DNA of 64,000 nucleotides from Hypanus sabinus (taxonomy: Eukaryota): positions 128,774,001-128,838,000 of the forward strand of contig NC_082708.1 of NCBI RefSeq assembly GCF_030144855.1, written 5' to 3'. Positions 53,203 to 64,000 of the stretch are shown piece after piece. The position numbers were made by a program, and so were the translations under genes. Each line of letters starts with the position of its first letter. The first letter of the stretch is position 1. The notes under the pieces were generated by a model. That model searched no databases, was not told the DNA's origin, and worked only from the letters and a program-made list of their open reading frames with translations.

Positions 53203-53740
53203 CAGACTGCCTCAATTGCAGGACTCTGCAAAGGGTGGAGTGGACAGCCTAGTGCATCTGTAGATGTGAACTTCCCACTATTCAGGACATTTACAAAGAC
53301 AGGTGTGTAAAAAGGGCCCGAAGGATCATTGAGGACCCAAGTCACCTCAACCACAAATTGTTCCAACTGCTACCATCTGGGAAACGGTACCACAACATAA
53401 AAACCAGGACCAACAGGCTCCAGGACAGCTTCTTCCACCAGGCCATCAGGCTGCTTAATCCATGCTGACACAATTGTATTTCTATGTTATATTGACTGTC
53501 CTGATGTACATACTATTTATTATAAATTACTATAAATTGCATATTGCGTATTTAGATGAAGACATAACAAAGATTTTTACTCTTCATGGATGTGAAGGAT
53601 GTAGGAAATAAAGTCAATTCAATCCAATCCAATTCAATTCAAATTACTACAAATTGCACATTTCAAGCTCGGATGGAGACGTAATGTAAAGATTTTTATT
53701 CCTCATGTATGTGAAGTATGTCAAAAATAACGTGAATACA
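53203..53740 (+). mobile_element. Rex1/Babar-like LINE 3' end with partially duplicated 3' UTR
   Basis: RTLQRVEWTA..DPSHLNHKLFQLLPSGKRY..TNRLQDSFFHQAIRLLN; aattc repeats; UTR repeated at ~53520-53640 and ~53641-53735. Confidence 0.75.
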
Positions 53741-54401
53741 ATCTACACTCTGGCTAAAGAAATTCTTCCCCATCTCTGTTCTAAATCAGTGTCCTCTATT
53801 CTGAGGCTGTGTCTTCTGGACTTAGACTCCCCTACCATGGGAAACCTCCTCCACACATCCACTCTATTGAGGCCTTTCAATATTCAATAGGTTTTAATGA
53901 GATGCCCTCCCCTCATTCTTCTGAATTCCAGTGCGTGCAGGCCCAGAGCTATCAAACGTTCCTCATATGATAAGCCTTTCAATGCCAGAATCATTTTTGT
54001 GAATCTCCTTCGAACCCTCTCCAATGTCAACACGTCCTTTCATAGATAAGGAGCCCAAAACTGCTCACAATACTCCAAGTGAGACTTCACCAGTGCCTTA
54101 TAAAGCCTTAACATTACTTCCTTGCTTTTATATTCTAGTCCTCTTGAAATAGAAATGAATGCTAACATTGCACTTGCCTTTCTCACCACTGACTCAATCT
54201 GCAAATTAAACTTTAAGAATCCTGCACAAGGACTCCCAAGTCCCTTTTCACCTCGGATTTTTTAAAATTTTCACTCCATTTATAAAATAGTCCATGCTTT
54301 TACTTCTTCTACTGAAGTGCATTTCTATACACTTGCCAATACTATATATATATATATATATCAACTGCCACTTCTTCGCCCATTCTCCAAATCTGTCTTA
54401 A

Positions 54402-54829
54402 CCCAGGCAACCTGTTCATATTCTAGACCTTCATAGTACCACAGTACGGTCCGGGTCAATTTTGATCCAGCCCAAGAATCCCCTCATAACAATTGTCTAC
54501 GCCAAATTTTGAACCACAGATCTATTTAGAATGTATAAATAGCCTATCTGACATTAATAAATTGGTGATTAGTCCTTAATTAATGTTTCAGAGATCTAAA
54601 ATCCATTTTAATAGATACGGGTCAAATTTGACCTGGAACAGCCTTAATGTACAAAAATTTGTAGAACCTGTACAAAAGTATAAAATTTTTAAGTATTTTC
54701 ATTTTTACGCATTTTGGGACACTTTAGGAAAAGTCATCAAATTTTAGGCTAACAAAATGGCATTTAGGGTGTTTTTACTGCTGTCAAATTTCAAAATGGG
54801 TCAAATTTGACCCGAACAGTATGTAAGAG
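54402..54829. mobile_element. piggyBac-like MITE
   Basis: TTAA|CCC at the left and CTAA at the right; three copies of the palindrome GGGTCAA(A/T)TTTGA(C/T)C. Confidence 0.65.
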
Positions 54830-55159
54830 CTAAGTCTTCTCTGCTTCCCCAAAGCTACCTTGTCCTCATCAATACTATCGACAAAGTATCATAAAGTAAA
54901 CTTATTAGAAGCAATAAACATATTCAAATGTGGGGAAAAGATTTCTGGCCATCCACTCTATCAATGCCTCTCTAAATTTTAAGAATTTCTGTTGGGAACT
55001 TTTTCACCAACTCAATCCTACAAGTCTCCAATTCTGTTTCAGCTTTGAATTCTGACCTGTAAATAATTGATATAAAATGGCATTCCCTCATTAGCAGATG
55101 GGAGATGAGGGATCTCCATTGAATTTCAAACATTCATAACAGTTCCATGACATATGGCA

Positions 55160-57240
55160 CACTGTGTGGCCACATTAGTAGGTGCCCCTGTACACTTGCT
55201 CATTAATGCAAATATCTATCAGTCAATCACGTGGCAGCAACTGAATTCATTAAAAGAGGTTTTAAAAGAGCATGAGGTCCTTAAGGTCTTTTCAGCACTC
55301 TGCAATCATCACGAGTGTTAGCTTGTGGGAGAGACAGTGTGAGGTTTATTTAGAACTCAGGGCCTTTCAGTACTTTCAGTGGCCTGCAAACATCACTGTC
55401 TATTAGGCACTTAGCAAAGGCCAATTAAAAGACATGAGGTGTAAGTGGAGCAACCATTGTGGAAGTGGGCCTGTGTTAGAGTGATCAGGCTTCGGTTCAA
55501 CAGGCTTTGGCGAGAACAGCCGGAGGCTTAGGATGCTGAGTCATTGGTAATCATTTAGAATCATGACTGAACTTGGGCTGGAGAAGTTAGAGCCAAAATT
55601 ATAACAAGCTCAGTGAGAAAGGACTGAGCAAGTGACCTATGTAAGTGTGAAACTTAAAGGTTTCAGAGAGGAGGCAAAGGTAAGAACAGATAAGCTTTTT
55701 TTGTGTTGTCTGTAAATCCTTAGTACTTAACTCAGTGTAGGCAGGATGGTAGCTAAGGCAGTGGAATGCTCCTTCTGTAAGGTGTGGGTTCTTAGGGTAC
55801 CTGATGACTACCATCTGCAGGAAGTGCACCCAACTTCAGCTCCTGGCTGACCAGGACAAGGAAATGGAGCTGGAGCTAGAGGGACACAGGAATATCTGGG
55901 AGACTGAAAAGCTCGTCGATAAAACTTTTACTGAGGTGGTGTCATCCAGAGTACAGATGGTGGTAGATGGGTAACCACCAGAAACAAGGAGAGTAAGCAG
56001 TCAGTGTAGTTTTCTCTTGTGGCCATTCCTCTCAGAAACAAGTACACCTCTTTGAATAGTGCTGGGGGTGGGGGATGATCTACCAGGGTACAACAGCAGC
56101 AGCCAGGCCAGTGGCACTTGACTCTGAGGCTCAGCATGGGAGGGTGAAATCAGCCAGAAGAATAGTGATAAGAGAATCAATAGTTAGAGGGACAGAATGG
56201 AGTTTCTGTAGTCACAAAAGAGACACCAGGATGATGTTGCTTCCCAGATGCTATGGTCCAGGATTTCTCAAAGCAACTGCAGAATATTCTCAAGGATAGT
56301 AGAGTGATATTAATACGCAGCAGCCTCTCCGGACTCTGGATTGGGGATTGCCAAATGTTATGTGGATTTTCTGGTGTAGTCTGTTTTGTCATGTGCTTTT
56401 ATGATATCATTCTGGGGGAACGTTGTCTCATTTTTTAACTGCATTGCATTTGTGGTTTCTAAATGACAATAAACTGAATCTGAATCTGAATCTGAAGAGG
56501 TTGAGCAGCCAGAGGTCATGGTGCACATTGGCTCCAATGACATTGGTAGGAAAGGGCAAGAGGTCCTGCATAATGAGTCTAGAGAGTTAGGAAAGAGGCC
56601 AAAGAGCAGGACCTCCAGGTAGTAATCTCTGGATTACTCCTGGTGCCATATGCTAGTCAGTGCAGAAATAAGATTATAATAAAGATGAATGAGTGGCTGA
56701 TGAACTGGTGCAGGGGGCAGGATCTCAGGTTTTCTTGGATTATTGGAATCTCTTCTGGGTCAGGGGTGACCTATTAAAGAGATACGAGTTGCACCTAAAC
56801 TGGAGGGGAACCAATATCCTGGCCAGGTGGTTCACTAATGCTACTCAGGAAAGTTTAAACAAGTTTGGTAGGGGGGATGGGAACCAGAGCACCAAGTCAT
56901 AAAGTGGTACGATGGAGAGGAAGGTCAGAGCCAATAAAAACAGGCAGGAGCAATGTAATAGATACAATGGGATAGATAGCTTAGAGTGTGTGTATTTTAA
57001 TGCTATGAGTATTATGAGTAAAAGTGATGAAGTTAAAGCATAATCCATACTTGGAGCTATGATATTGACAGTAACTCACATAACCACGGATTGCAACAGC
57101 GGTGTGCAGAAGGGAATCTCTGAATGCACAACATGTCAAACCTTGAAGTGGATGGGATACAGCAGCAGAAGACAATGAGCATACACTCAGTTCCCACTTC
57201 ATTGGGTTCAAGAGGTTTGTAATAAAGTAGCCACTAGGTG
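55160..57240 (+). mobile_element. Tc1-derived element split by a CR1 5' segment (Tc1 parts 55160-55256 and 57067-57240)
   Basis: TIR-like gtggccacattagtagg / taataaagtagccact; transposase HTH remnant TVTHITTDCNSGVQKGISECTTCQTLKWMGYSSRR. Confidence 0.75.
55260..57065 (+). mobile_element. CR1 5' UTR, ORF1 (zinc finger and esterase) and start of APE
   Basis: AVECSFCKV..ICRKCTQLQLL; EQPEVMVHIGSNDIG; CVYFNAMSI. Confidence 0.85.
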
Positions 57241-57413
57241 TAAGCTCTCATTCCTGTGTCTGAAGCACTCTGCTGATGATTAAGATACATTCAGTATATT
57301 TCCTAAAGGGAAAATAAAGTGTTTTCTCATGCATCAAACATACTCCAGTCCTGCTAAAGATGCTGCAGCATTAATCTTTTTTTTAAAGTGAAATAACATT
57401 AACCTTTTCTTAC

Positions 57414-57492
57414 CTGACAAACCAATGGCTGCAGCCCTTGTACAACAACAGTCACAATAAAACAATCCCGTTCCATGTTATCATCTCCGAAC
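57414..57492 (-). pseudogene. Decayed exon, TSP1 end/start junction
   Basis: cccag| ... cag|gtaag. Reads FGDDNMERDCFIVTVVVQG, with GCSHW in a shifted frame, resembling 'ExxCFxxxCPVxGxWSxW'. Confidence 0.4.
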
Positions 57493-57669
57493 CTGGGCTT
57501 ATGTAAGGTAAGATACCTCTCTTACTTTCCAGATGTGGATGGGAGGAACATAATAAAAGATTACCAATGATCACAGCGAGGTGCTAATTGAATTCATAAG
57601 CTGCACCCTGCTGCATTGCAAAGTGGATACACTTTCAGTTGGAGGAGTTTTGATGCCCGTTCAACTTAC

Positions 57670-57849
57670 CTGGGTGCAAGTGTGGATCTCTTTTAGCACC
57701 GAGCCATTTTGCTGAGGTCGAGTACAGCTTCTTCGGCAGCGAAATCCAGATCCAAATCAAATCACTGGGCAAGATGGTCTAGGCCCGAAGTGATTCACCA
57801 CAGGACCTAATGCGTGGCAATGGATAATTTAAACGCCAGCCCAGATAGA
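57670..57849 (-). pseudogene. Decayed TSP1-like exon
   Basis: Acceptor cctttccag| and donor cag|gtaag. One frame reads PSCPVI*FGSGFRCRRSCTRPQQNGSVLKEIHTCTQ; all three frames contain stops. Confidence 0.55.
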
Positions 57850-58611
57850 CTGGAAAGGCAGGGTTTCGAGAGTCAGATGAGGTTCGATTACTTTAAATGC
57901 CAAACCATTTTGGAGAGGTTGAGAACTGTAATGTATGGATCTATTTTGTTTAGAACAATGACTCCTCTTAGCTGTATGTACACATGCACATTGATCTGTT
58001 GTCAATGCATTTTTCTCTTGTTCTCTCTCACACTCTCTCTCACTGTAATGTGAATACACCAGTTAAAGCCATCTGCATGCCTGCTATTATTTTAATTGAT
58101 ATGGTAGTTGCACAGACATAATAAATTGGTGACAAGTACGGACCTGAAAATATCAGGTACTGGATTGACAGGTACAGGATAAAACAGTGAGAGGAAAGAG
58201 TCAAATAGTATGGAGAAAACCATCATGGTCACTAACAGAGGAGCATGTGAATTACAGTGCATGGCGAAAGATGCAACTAGCAAACTTAAAGTTAAAATAC
58301 TGCGGCAATTTCAGTCTGGAAAATTGAAAAATTTGATAGCGCTAATGAAGGTTGGGAGTCCTATATCAAAAGGGTTGAAATGTATTATAAGGTGAACAGT
58401 ACAGTTGAGCAAAAGAAAGCCCACACACTTCTTAACTTAATTGGTGCAATAACATACAGCCTCTTATGGAACCTAGTAATTCCTGAAAACCCAGCAAGCA
58501 AGATGTTTGAAGAAATTTTTATGTTTACAAAATCACTTGAGCCCTAAACCACTGGTAATTGCTGAGAGATTTAGATTTTACAAAAGGAACCAATCAAAGG
58601 ATGAAAGCATT

Positions 58612-59436
58612 TTTCTCTTTTTCAGTTAAAACCACCTCCTGAGTCTGTGCTTAACTCGGAGGGTGGAGCAAAGTTAAGATGGAACTAAATGGTGACTCCT
58701 TTGCTTGCATCTTCAGAAACAGTTCTATATCTATCTTTGATATCACTTCTATTTTCCTTTTCAAGGTTCTTTTGAAGACCCTGACCTGGAGTTACACCAT
58801 GGCTTTGGTTCTTTGCAAGAATGGGACCCACTCACAACCAGCGCTTTTTTGATATGCCAAGGACATTACAAGATTAGCATGCATTCAGGGTGCCAGATTT
58901 TTGTGGCTCTGAAGACGGACTGATTCAAGGCTGGTGCCCCCAACTGAAGTGTGGCGGGAGAACAGGGAACATCAGCAGCTGGGTGTCCAGAGCCGATTCT
59001 CTGGGTGCAGAGCATGAAAAAAGCAACTCAACAGACTTTCAACATTGTAAATCAGTGTGTTGTTTGTTATGCCTCCCCTCTCACTATGAAAACTGGGACA
59101 CCTCTTTTTCCTTTATCAGGGAGAGAGAGAGCTGTGGTATGTAGAAGAGTAGTCTTTGGTCTACTGCACATCTGTGTCTTTATTGATGCTTTTCTGCATA
59201 CTTGAGTGGTCAATGGATGGTGCTGATACTTTTTTGTTGGTTGGGGAGGGGAGATTGTTGCCTTACTGCCGCTTGTGCGTGGGAGGGGGGAGCTGATGGG
59301 AGTCTTTGGAGTTTTAACATTAACTGTCATTCATTTTTTAGGGCACTCCTTTGTTTTCATGCATGTTTGCAAAGAAAGAAGAATTTCAGGACACATATTG
59401 GATACATTTCTCTGACATTAAATGTACCTGTTGAAC
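58612..59436 (+). mobile_element. Non-coding retroposon-like insertion inside Gypsy gag
   Basis: Splits gag between KDES and EYIAEL; ends attaaatgtacctgttgaac. Confidence 0.65.
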
Positions 59437-59701
59437 TTACTGAATACATTGCAGAACTGCACAAACTTTCCCAGAACTGTGACGTTAGAGATGGACTTTC
59501 TGATACATTAAAGGACAGGCTTGTATGTGGCATGTATAGAGGCTATTGGCAAAGACAGCTAACCTTTGAACAGACATTGACCATTGCAATATTGTTAGAG
59601 ACTGCAGCAGAAGTACAGAATAGGAGGTTAGAATATGAAATGCCCAAAATGTCCCTGAATGGTACAAAAAGCCAAAAATGTTATTGATGTGGCAATCCTC
59701 C

Positions 59702-60436
59702 TGTTACACGAGACACACCTTAGTGAGGCCGAACTATGATGTCAGTCACAAGCTGCGGCAGCCTGCCGCAGACTTAAACCTATAGAGAGAGAGAGAGAGA
59801 CTGGAAAAGCTGTTGGAACTTCAAGTTTGTTGCTGTCATCGTAAGACTGGGAGTTCCATATTCTCCCAGGCCCAAAAGGTTGGGTTGATTATCAGCACGT
59901 AGTGCACAATGGATGTGTGACTGTCACTTCATATAATCCATATGTGCGGATTTGTTGATCCTGTGGTATTACTTTTGTTGGCCCTTACCTGGAATCAGGG
60001 TGTTATGTAGTAGCTACTTGAAGACGATATTCCTGTGACTGTCACCTGGTGATATTTCAAAGTGGATTTCAGTACGACTCAACGGACAAGATCTTCAATG
60101 ACTTCGTTTACCCAGCAGGGAACTTGTGGAATTCAACGTAATCACCTTCTCTCTACATTATATTCTGGATTACAAATCTCTCTCCCATCGTCTATTCTGT
60201 GGACTACTAAACTTTTCTACCTTACCATCTGAATCTTAAGACTTTAAGAATTATTCCTGAGCTTGACAATTTGGGAACTGCACACACACACACACACACA
60301 TATATATATGCATAACACTGTTAACTTCTGTTTATTTCATTTAAGTTTCTATATATTGAGTAGATACTAATAAAGACAATGGTTTTAACACTAAAACCTG
60401 ACTCAATTTGTGATCTGTTGCTGCTGGTACATAATA
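59702..60436 (+). mobile_element. Solo LTR nested in the Gypsy gag zinc knuckle, 4-bp TSD CTCC
   Basis: TGTTAC...ATAATA termini; ctcc at 59698-59701 and 60437-60440; AATAAA near 60369. Confidence 0.8.
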
Positions 60437-62759
60437 CTCCCATGAAGCAAATGACTGTTGTTGGTTCAAAAAAGAGTTTGCAGAATGTGATCCAGACAAG
60501 TTCACGTAGAGAGAACGTGCAAGGCAGATAGAAAAGCACAACTGAGTGAAGAGCTTCAAACACAAAACTAAGCAAGTGCATAAAGTGACAAATTGCAAAA
60601 CAGAATCAAGCAACACAGTGTCTGACAAAGGTGAAATATCATGCCTAGAATTGCATAGTATTACTGAAGCAGATCACAAAATCATATGGATCACTATAGA
60701 TGTGGTTGGTGTAAAGCTGAAAGTGGAGCTGGATACAGGTTCTGCTCTGTCTATAATTTCAGAGGCTGACTACAGCAAACTGCTTTCTAAGCTACCATTA
60801 GAAAAAACCTCAGTGAAGCTAAAGACCTATATCGAAGAAAAAAGTGTCACCAAAAGGCAAACTGAAAGTAAATGTGACGTATAAAGTGAAACGCAGCAGT
60901 TAGAGCTTTATGTGTTGAAAAGTGGAGGACCAACACTTTTTGGACATGAGTAGCTGAGAAAAATCCAACTAAGCTGGCGCACAATCAAAGCTCTCAATGC
61001 GGCATCAACAGTGGCTGGAGGTTATACCAATGAAGTCAACCACCTCAGTAAAGACTGTCTCCACTCTGAGGATGACCTTCTCCATGAATGGCTTACAAAA
61101 ACAAATTATGAGTGACAACGGACCACAATGGATGTCAGAAGAATTCCAAATACTCCTGAAGAAAAGTGGCATCGAATATTTCCAGTCAGCTTCTCACCAC
61201 CCTGCAATGAATGGGTTAGCCGAAAGGTTTATCCAAACCTTCAAGAAATCCATTAAAGTGATGGACAAGGAGGACATTTCTCTACAGCACAAGGTGGACA
61301 ACTCCCTTTTTGTGTATTGAAACCCTGTTCATGTGAAAACAAATCAAACACCTGCAACACTGCTCATGAGCAGGAATCTGAGATCTCGCATAGACCTCCT
61401 GATATCAGATTTATAGAGGGAAGTGCAGAATAAACAGTACAGCCAGTTGCCAAATGAATTAGCAAGGAGCTTCGAGGTTGGACAGTAAGCCCTAGCATTG
61501 CAGTTATTACCAAGAAGACAAGTGGACACCTGGGAGGGTAGCAGCAAGAACTGGACCACTGATATATACATTAAATGTTGGAGATCATACATCTGGTCTT
61601 GTGGACCAGATAATGGATGCTCAACCGAGAACACACCTGAGTTGACTGCATCTAACAAGAGGGGCATATTACAGCCACCAGAGTCACTTCTCAGTAATGA
61701 TCATGTCATTGACAGCAACGTGACACCAGAAACTGAGAATGTTGTCTTAGACAAGACGCTTACCAAACTGAAAGAAAGAGGGCACCACCCAAAAGACTGA
61801 ATCTTTAGGACTGTGATGTTAGTTATGGATTGTTATTGTGAAAGCATGCTTATTTAAATATGGTGTGTGAAGGGGAAATTGAACGTTTTGTACATATACA
61901 GTTTTATATTACATTAATGTAAAGGGGGAGGAAGTGTAATGTATGGATCTATTTCTTTTAGAGCAATGACTCCCCTTAGCACTGTGTATTGATATATTGT
62001 CTACACATGCACATTGCTCTCTCTCTGGCTGCAATGTGAATGTACCAGTTAAAGCCACCTCTCACCTGCGTGCTTTTATTTTAATCGATAATGCTGCAGA
62101 TCAATAACCTCTTGGCGGAGTTGGAAAGTCATCAAACTTAACTTTAATACTGACTCAATTTCACTCTACATAGCTGCTGGCTAACATTTTTAAAATTCAT
62201 TATCTGGACATCACTGGTAATGTTGGTAATTTGACCATGGATTGAGTCATTTGCCAAGCCATTCAAGGCTCAACAATATATAGACTAGACCTAGGAAGGG
62301 TGACAGAATTCCTTCCCTGAAGGATACTGATGAGCTAGATGGGTTACAATGACTGTCCAGTCGTTTCTGCTTCTCAATTTCCAGATTACTGTCATCAAGG
62401 ATCCCTTCATTCAGGCTATGTCCTCTACTCACTCCTACCATTGAGCAGGAGGTACAGATGACTGATAATATATAATACAGAATCTCTTTCAAGGTCTCTT
62501 TACAATTCATATTTTCAGTATTATTTTTATTTACAGTTGCCTTCTTTTGCACGTTGGTGTTTGTTAGCCTTCATTCATGTAGTTTTTTTTGTAAAATTCC
62601 ATTGAAATTTTCCTGTTTTTCTCTTTTCCTGTAAATGCCTGCAAGAAAATGAACTCTGGGTAGTATATAGTGATATACACAGTATGTATTTTGATAAAAA
62701 TTTACTTAGAATTCTGAACTTTGTTAATGTCTGTGCTGAGCATTCTGCCAAATTAAACT

Positions 62760-63120
62760 AATTCCTACAGTCTGCACATGAATCCATACTCTCCATTTCC
62801 TCCAAATCCCTCCAACACAACACATTCCAGGCAACTACCACCCTCTATGTAGAACAACTTGTGCTGCACATCTTTAAACATTCCTCTTCTTACCTTAAAG
62901 ATATCCTTTCTAGTTCTCCGTATTTCTAAGCTTGGGAAATGAACCTGGCTGTCTCCCATAGCTAAGCCTTTCATAACTTTATAATCTTCTGTCATATCTC
63001 CCCTCATCTTGTGTCACCCCAGAGAAACAATGGAAGTTTGCCCAAACTCTCATTATAACTAATACCCTCTAATCCTGGCAAACATCTTCAGAATCCTCTT
63101 CAAATCCTCCACATCCTTTA
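62760..63120 (-). mobile_element. CR1 3' fragment
   Basis: MRGDMTEDYKVMKGL..RTRKDIFKVR. Confidence 0.75.
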
Positions 63121-63121
63121 C

Positions 63122-63412
63122 CAGTGCCAACAAAGTATTCATCCCTCCCCACCCCCCACCCCAGAAGTTTTCATGTTTTAGAATTACATTCATTTTAATT
63201 TGTCTTTTTTGACACTGATCAACAGAAGAAGACTCTTTTGTGTCAAAGTGAAAACAAATCTCGACAAAGTGATCAAAATGAATTACAAATATAAAACACA
63301 AATAATTGATAACTTAAGTATTCACTCCCTTCAAGTCAGTATTTAGTTGATACACCTTTTGCAGCAATTACAGACTTGAGTTGATGGGTCTCTTTCAACT
63401 TTGCACATCTGG
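63122..63412 (+). mobile_element. Tc1-like (IR/DR type) transposon left end
   Basis: CAGTGCC..AAGTATTCATCCC outer repeat and inner repeat AAGTATTCACTCCC about 190 bp downstream. Confidence 0.7.
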
Positions 63413-64000
63413 TGTTATGGCACGGCAACAATGAATATAGAATTGAGATATGTTTATTATAACAAATAAAACATTTATTAAACACTGCTCAAAAAAAAAA
63501 CCCAAAAGTAAACCATCGACTAACTTATCCGGAAGTCAACTGCTATACGGCAGCTCAAACAGTTCTTAAAGCGATAATGCAAAAGTCTAAATGATTTACA
63601 CAGTCACTTAGGAGAGTTTTTCCTGGAAGTAATGAATTCCTCACCGACGTCATGACATTACTGCTGATCCCAGTCAAAATATCCCTTGCCCGAAGGATTC
63701 ACAGCAAAGGAAATAAAACGGCTTAAAGGCACGGACCTTTCCTTGATGAAACTCTGCATCCAACTCTTTCTGTTCTTTTAGTAGGAGCTATCTCAGACAC
63801 AGGTTACTAACTCCTTGTACGAAGATTAAATAAGGTCGAACCTGTTTTACCACCGACATCAACTTTCCTCAATCCTTCAGCTTCCCGAACTTCAATAAAA
63901 CTTCACTCTCCGACTGAACTAAACTGGCAGTATTGTAGCAAAACTGCTGGCAATAACCTTTGAGACTTAAAGCAGAAAGTAAAACACTTTAAAACAAAAC
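63413..64000 (-). mobile_element. LTR (runs off the window) related to 45018-45761, inserted in the Tc1 element
   Basis: Starts TGTTATG; shares aaaagtaaac..gactaactta..cggaagt with the 45-kb solo LTR. Confidence 0.7.

Larger units (their letters stand above)
52995..54865 (-). mobile_element. CR1 3' portion hosting Rex1-like and piggyBac-like insertions
   Basis: CR1 tail at the left; sequence is colinear with other CR1 copies across the two insertions. Confidence 0.85.
4270..57849 (-). pseudogene. Putative unprocessed SCO-spondin-like pseudogene (scattered decayed TSP1/TIL/TILa/LDLa exons)
   Basis: More than a dozen short minus-strand segments in non-repeat DNA translate, with stops and frameshifts, to TSP1 (WSVCSV..GGLKTLRQ/RTCT..FG..VRTCNTQR; GSGFRCRRSCTRPQQNG), TIL/TILa (GDP/HCCVCQNL; HECQCMHNN; PGC/GCPA) and LDLa (PCASR*FHCSS) motifs. 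Several have residual AG/GT boundaries. Confidence 0.6.
57927..62090 (+). mobile_element. Gypsy/Ty3 LTR retrotransposon, degenerate, gag-protease-integrase with RT/RNase H missing
   Basis: LTRs 57927-58123 and 61935-~62090 both start TGTAATGTATGGATCT; PBS-like TGGTGAC; PPT aaagggggaggaag; gag IAERFRFYKRNQ and LKDRLVCG; protease LDTGS; integrase SDNGPQ..HPAMNGLAERFIQTFK. Confidence 0.92.

Noticed and set aside
57730-57770. In-frame TGA in a Cys-rich exon as possible selenocysteine
   Set aside because: Neighbouring remnants carry TAG/TAA stops and frameshifts and no SECIS is evident; decay is the simpler explanation.
1-64000. CRISPR arrays, operons or prokaryotic defence systems
   Set aside because: The sequence is vertebrate; there are no regularly spaced repeats or dense ORFs.

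Overview
This is eukaryotic, repeat-dense (roughly half transposon-derived), AT-rich vertebrate genomic DNA. The repeat set (CR1/HER1-type LINEs, tRNA-derived V-SINEs, Penelope tails, Rex1-like LINEs, Tc1 MITEs) points to a cartilaginous fish, probably a ray or skate (inference). I see no intact protein-coding gene; the recognisable ORF-track hits are retroelement fragments and the rest look like noise. The main non-obvious signal is a series of short, decayed, Cys/Trp-rich exon remnants on the minus strand, spread through the unique sequence from about 57.9 kb down to 4 kb. By hand translation they give thrombospondin type-1 (TSP1), TIL/TILa(vWC-like) and LDL-receptor class A motifs, broken by stops and frameshifts. 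That domain mix is characteristic of SCO-spondin, so the window probably holds an old, unprocessed SCO-spondin-like pseudogene. Other points of note: two ~135-bp hammerhead-ribozyme-headed Penelope-derived insertions with their own target-site duplications (TSDs); a ~970-bp palindrome; a Gypsy LTR element lacking RT/RNase H with two nested insertions; solo LTRs with clean TSDs; a piggyBac-like MITE; and an L1 with an odd inverted, diverged duplicate at its 5' end. All domain and family calls are by-eye recognition, not database results, and most repeat boundaries are approximate.
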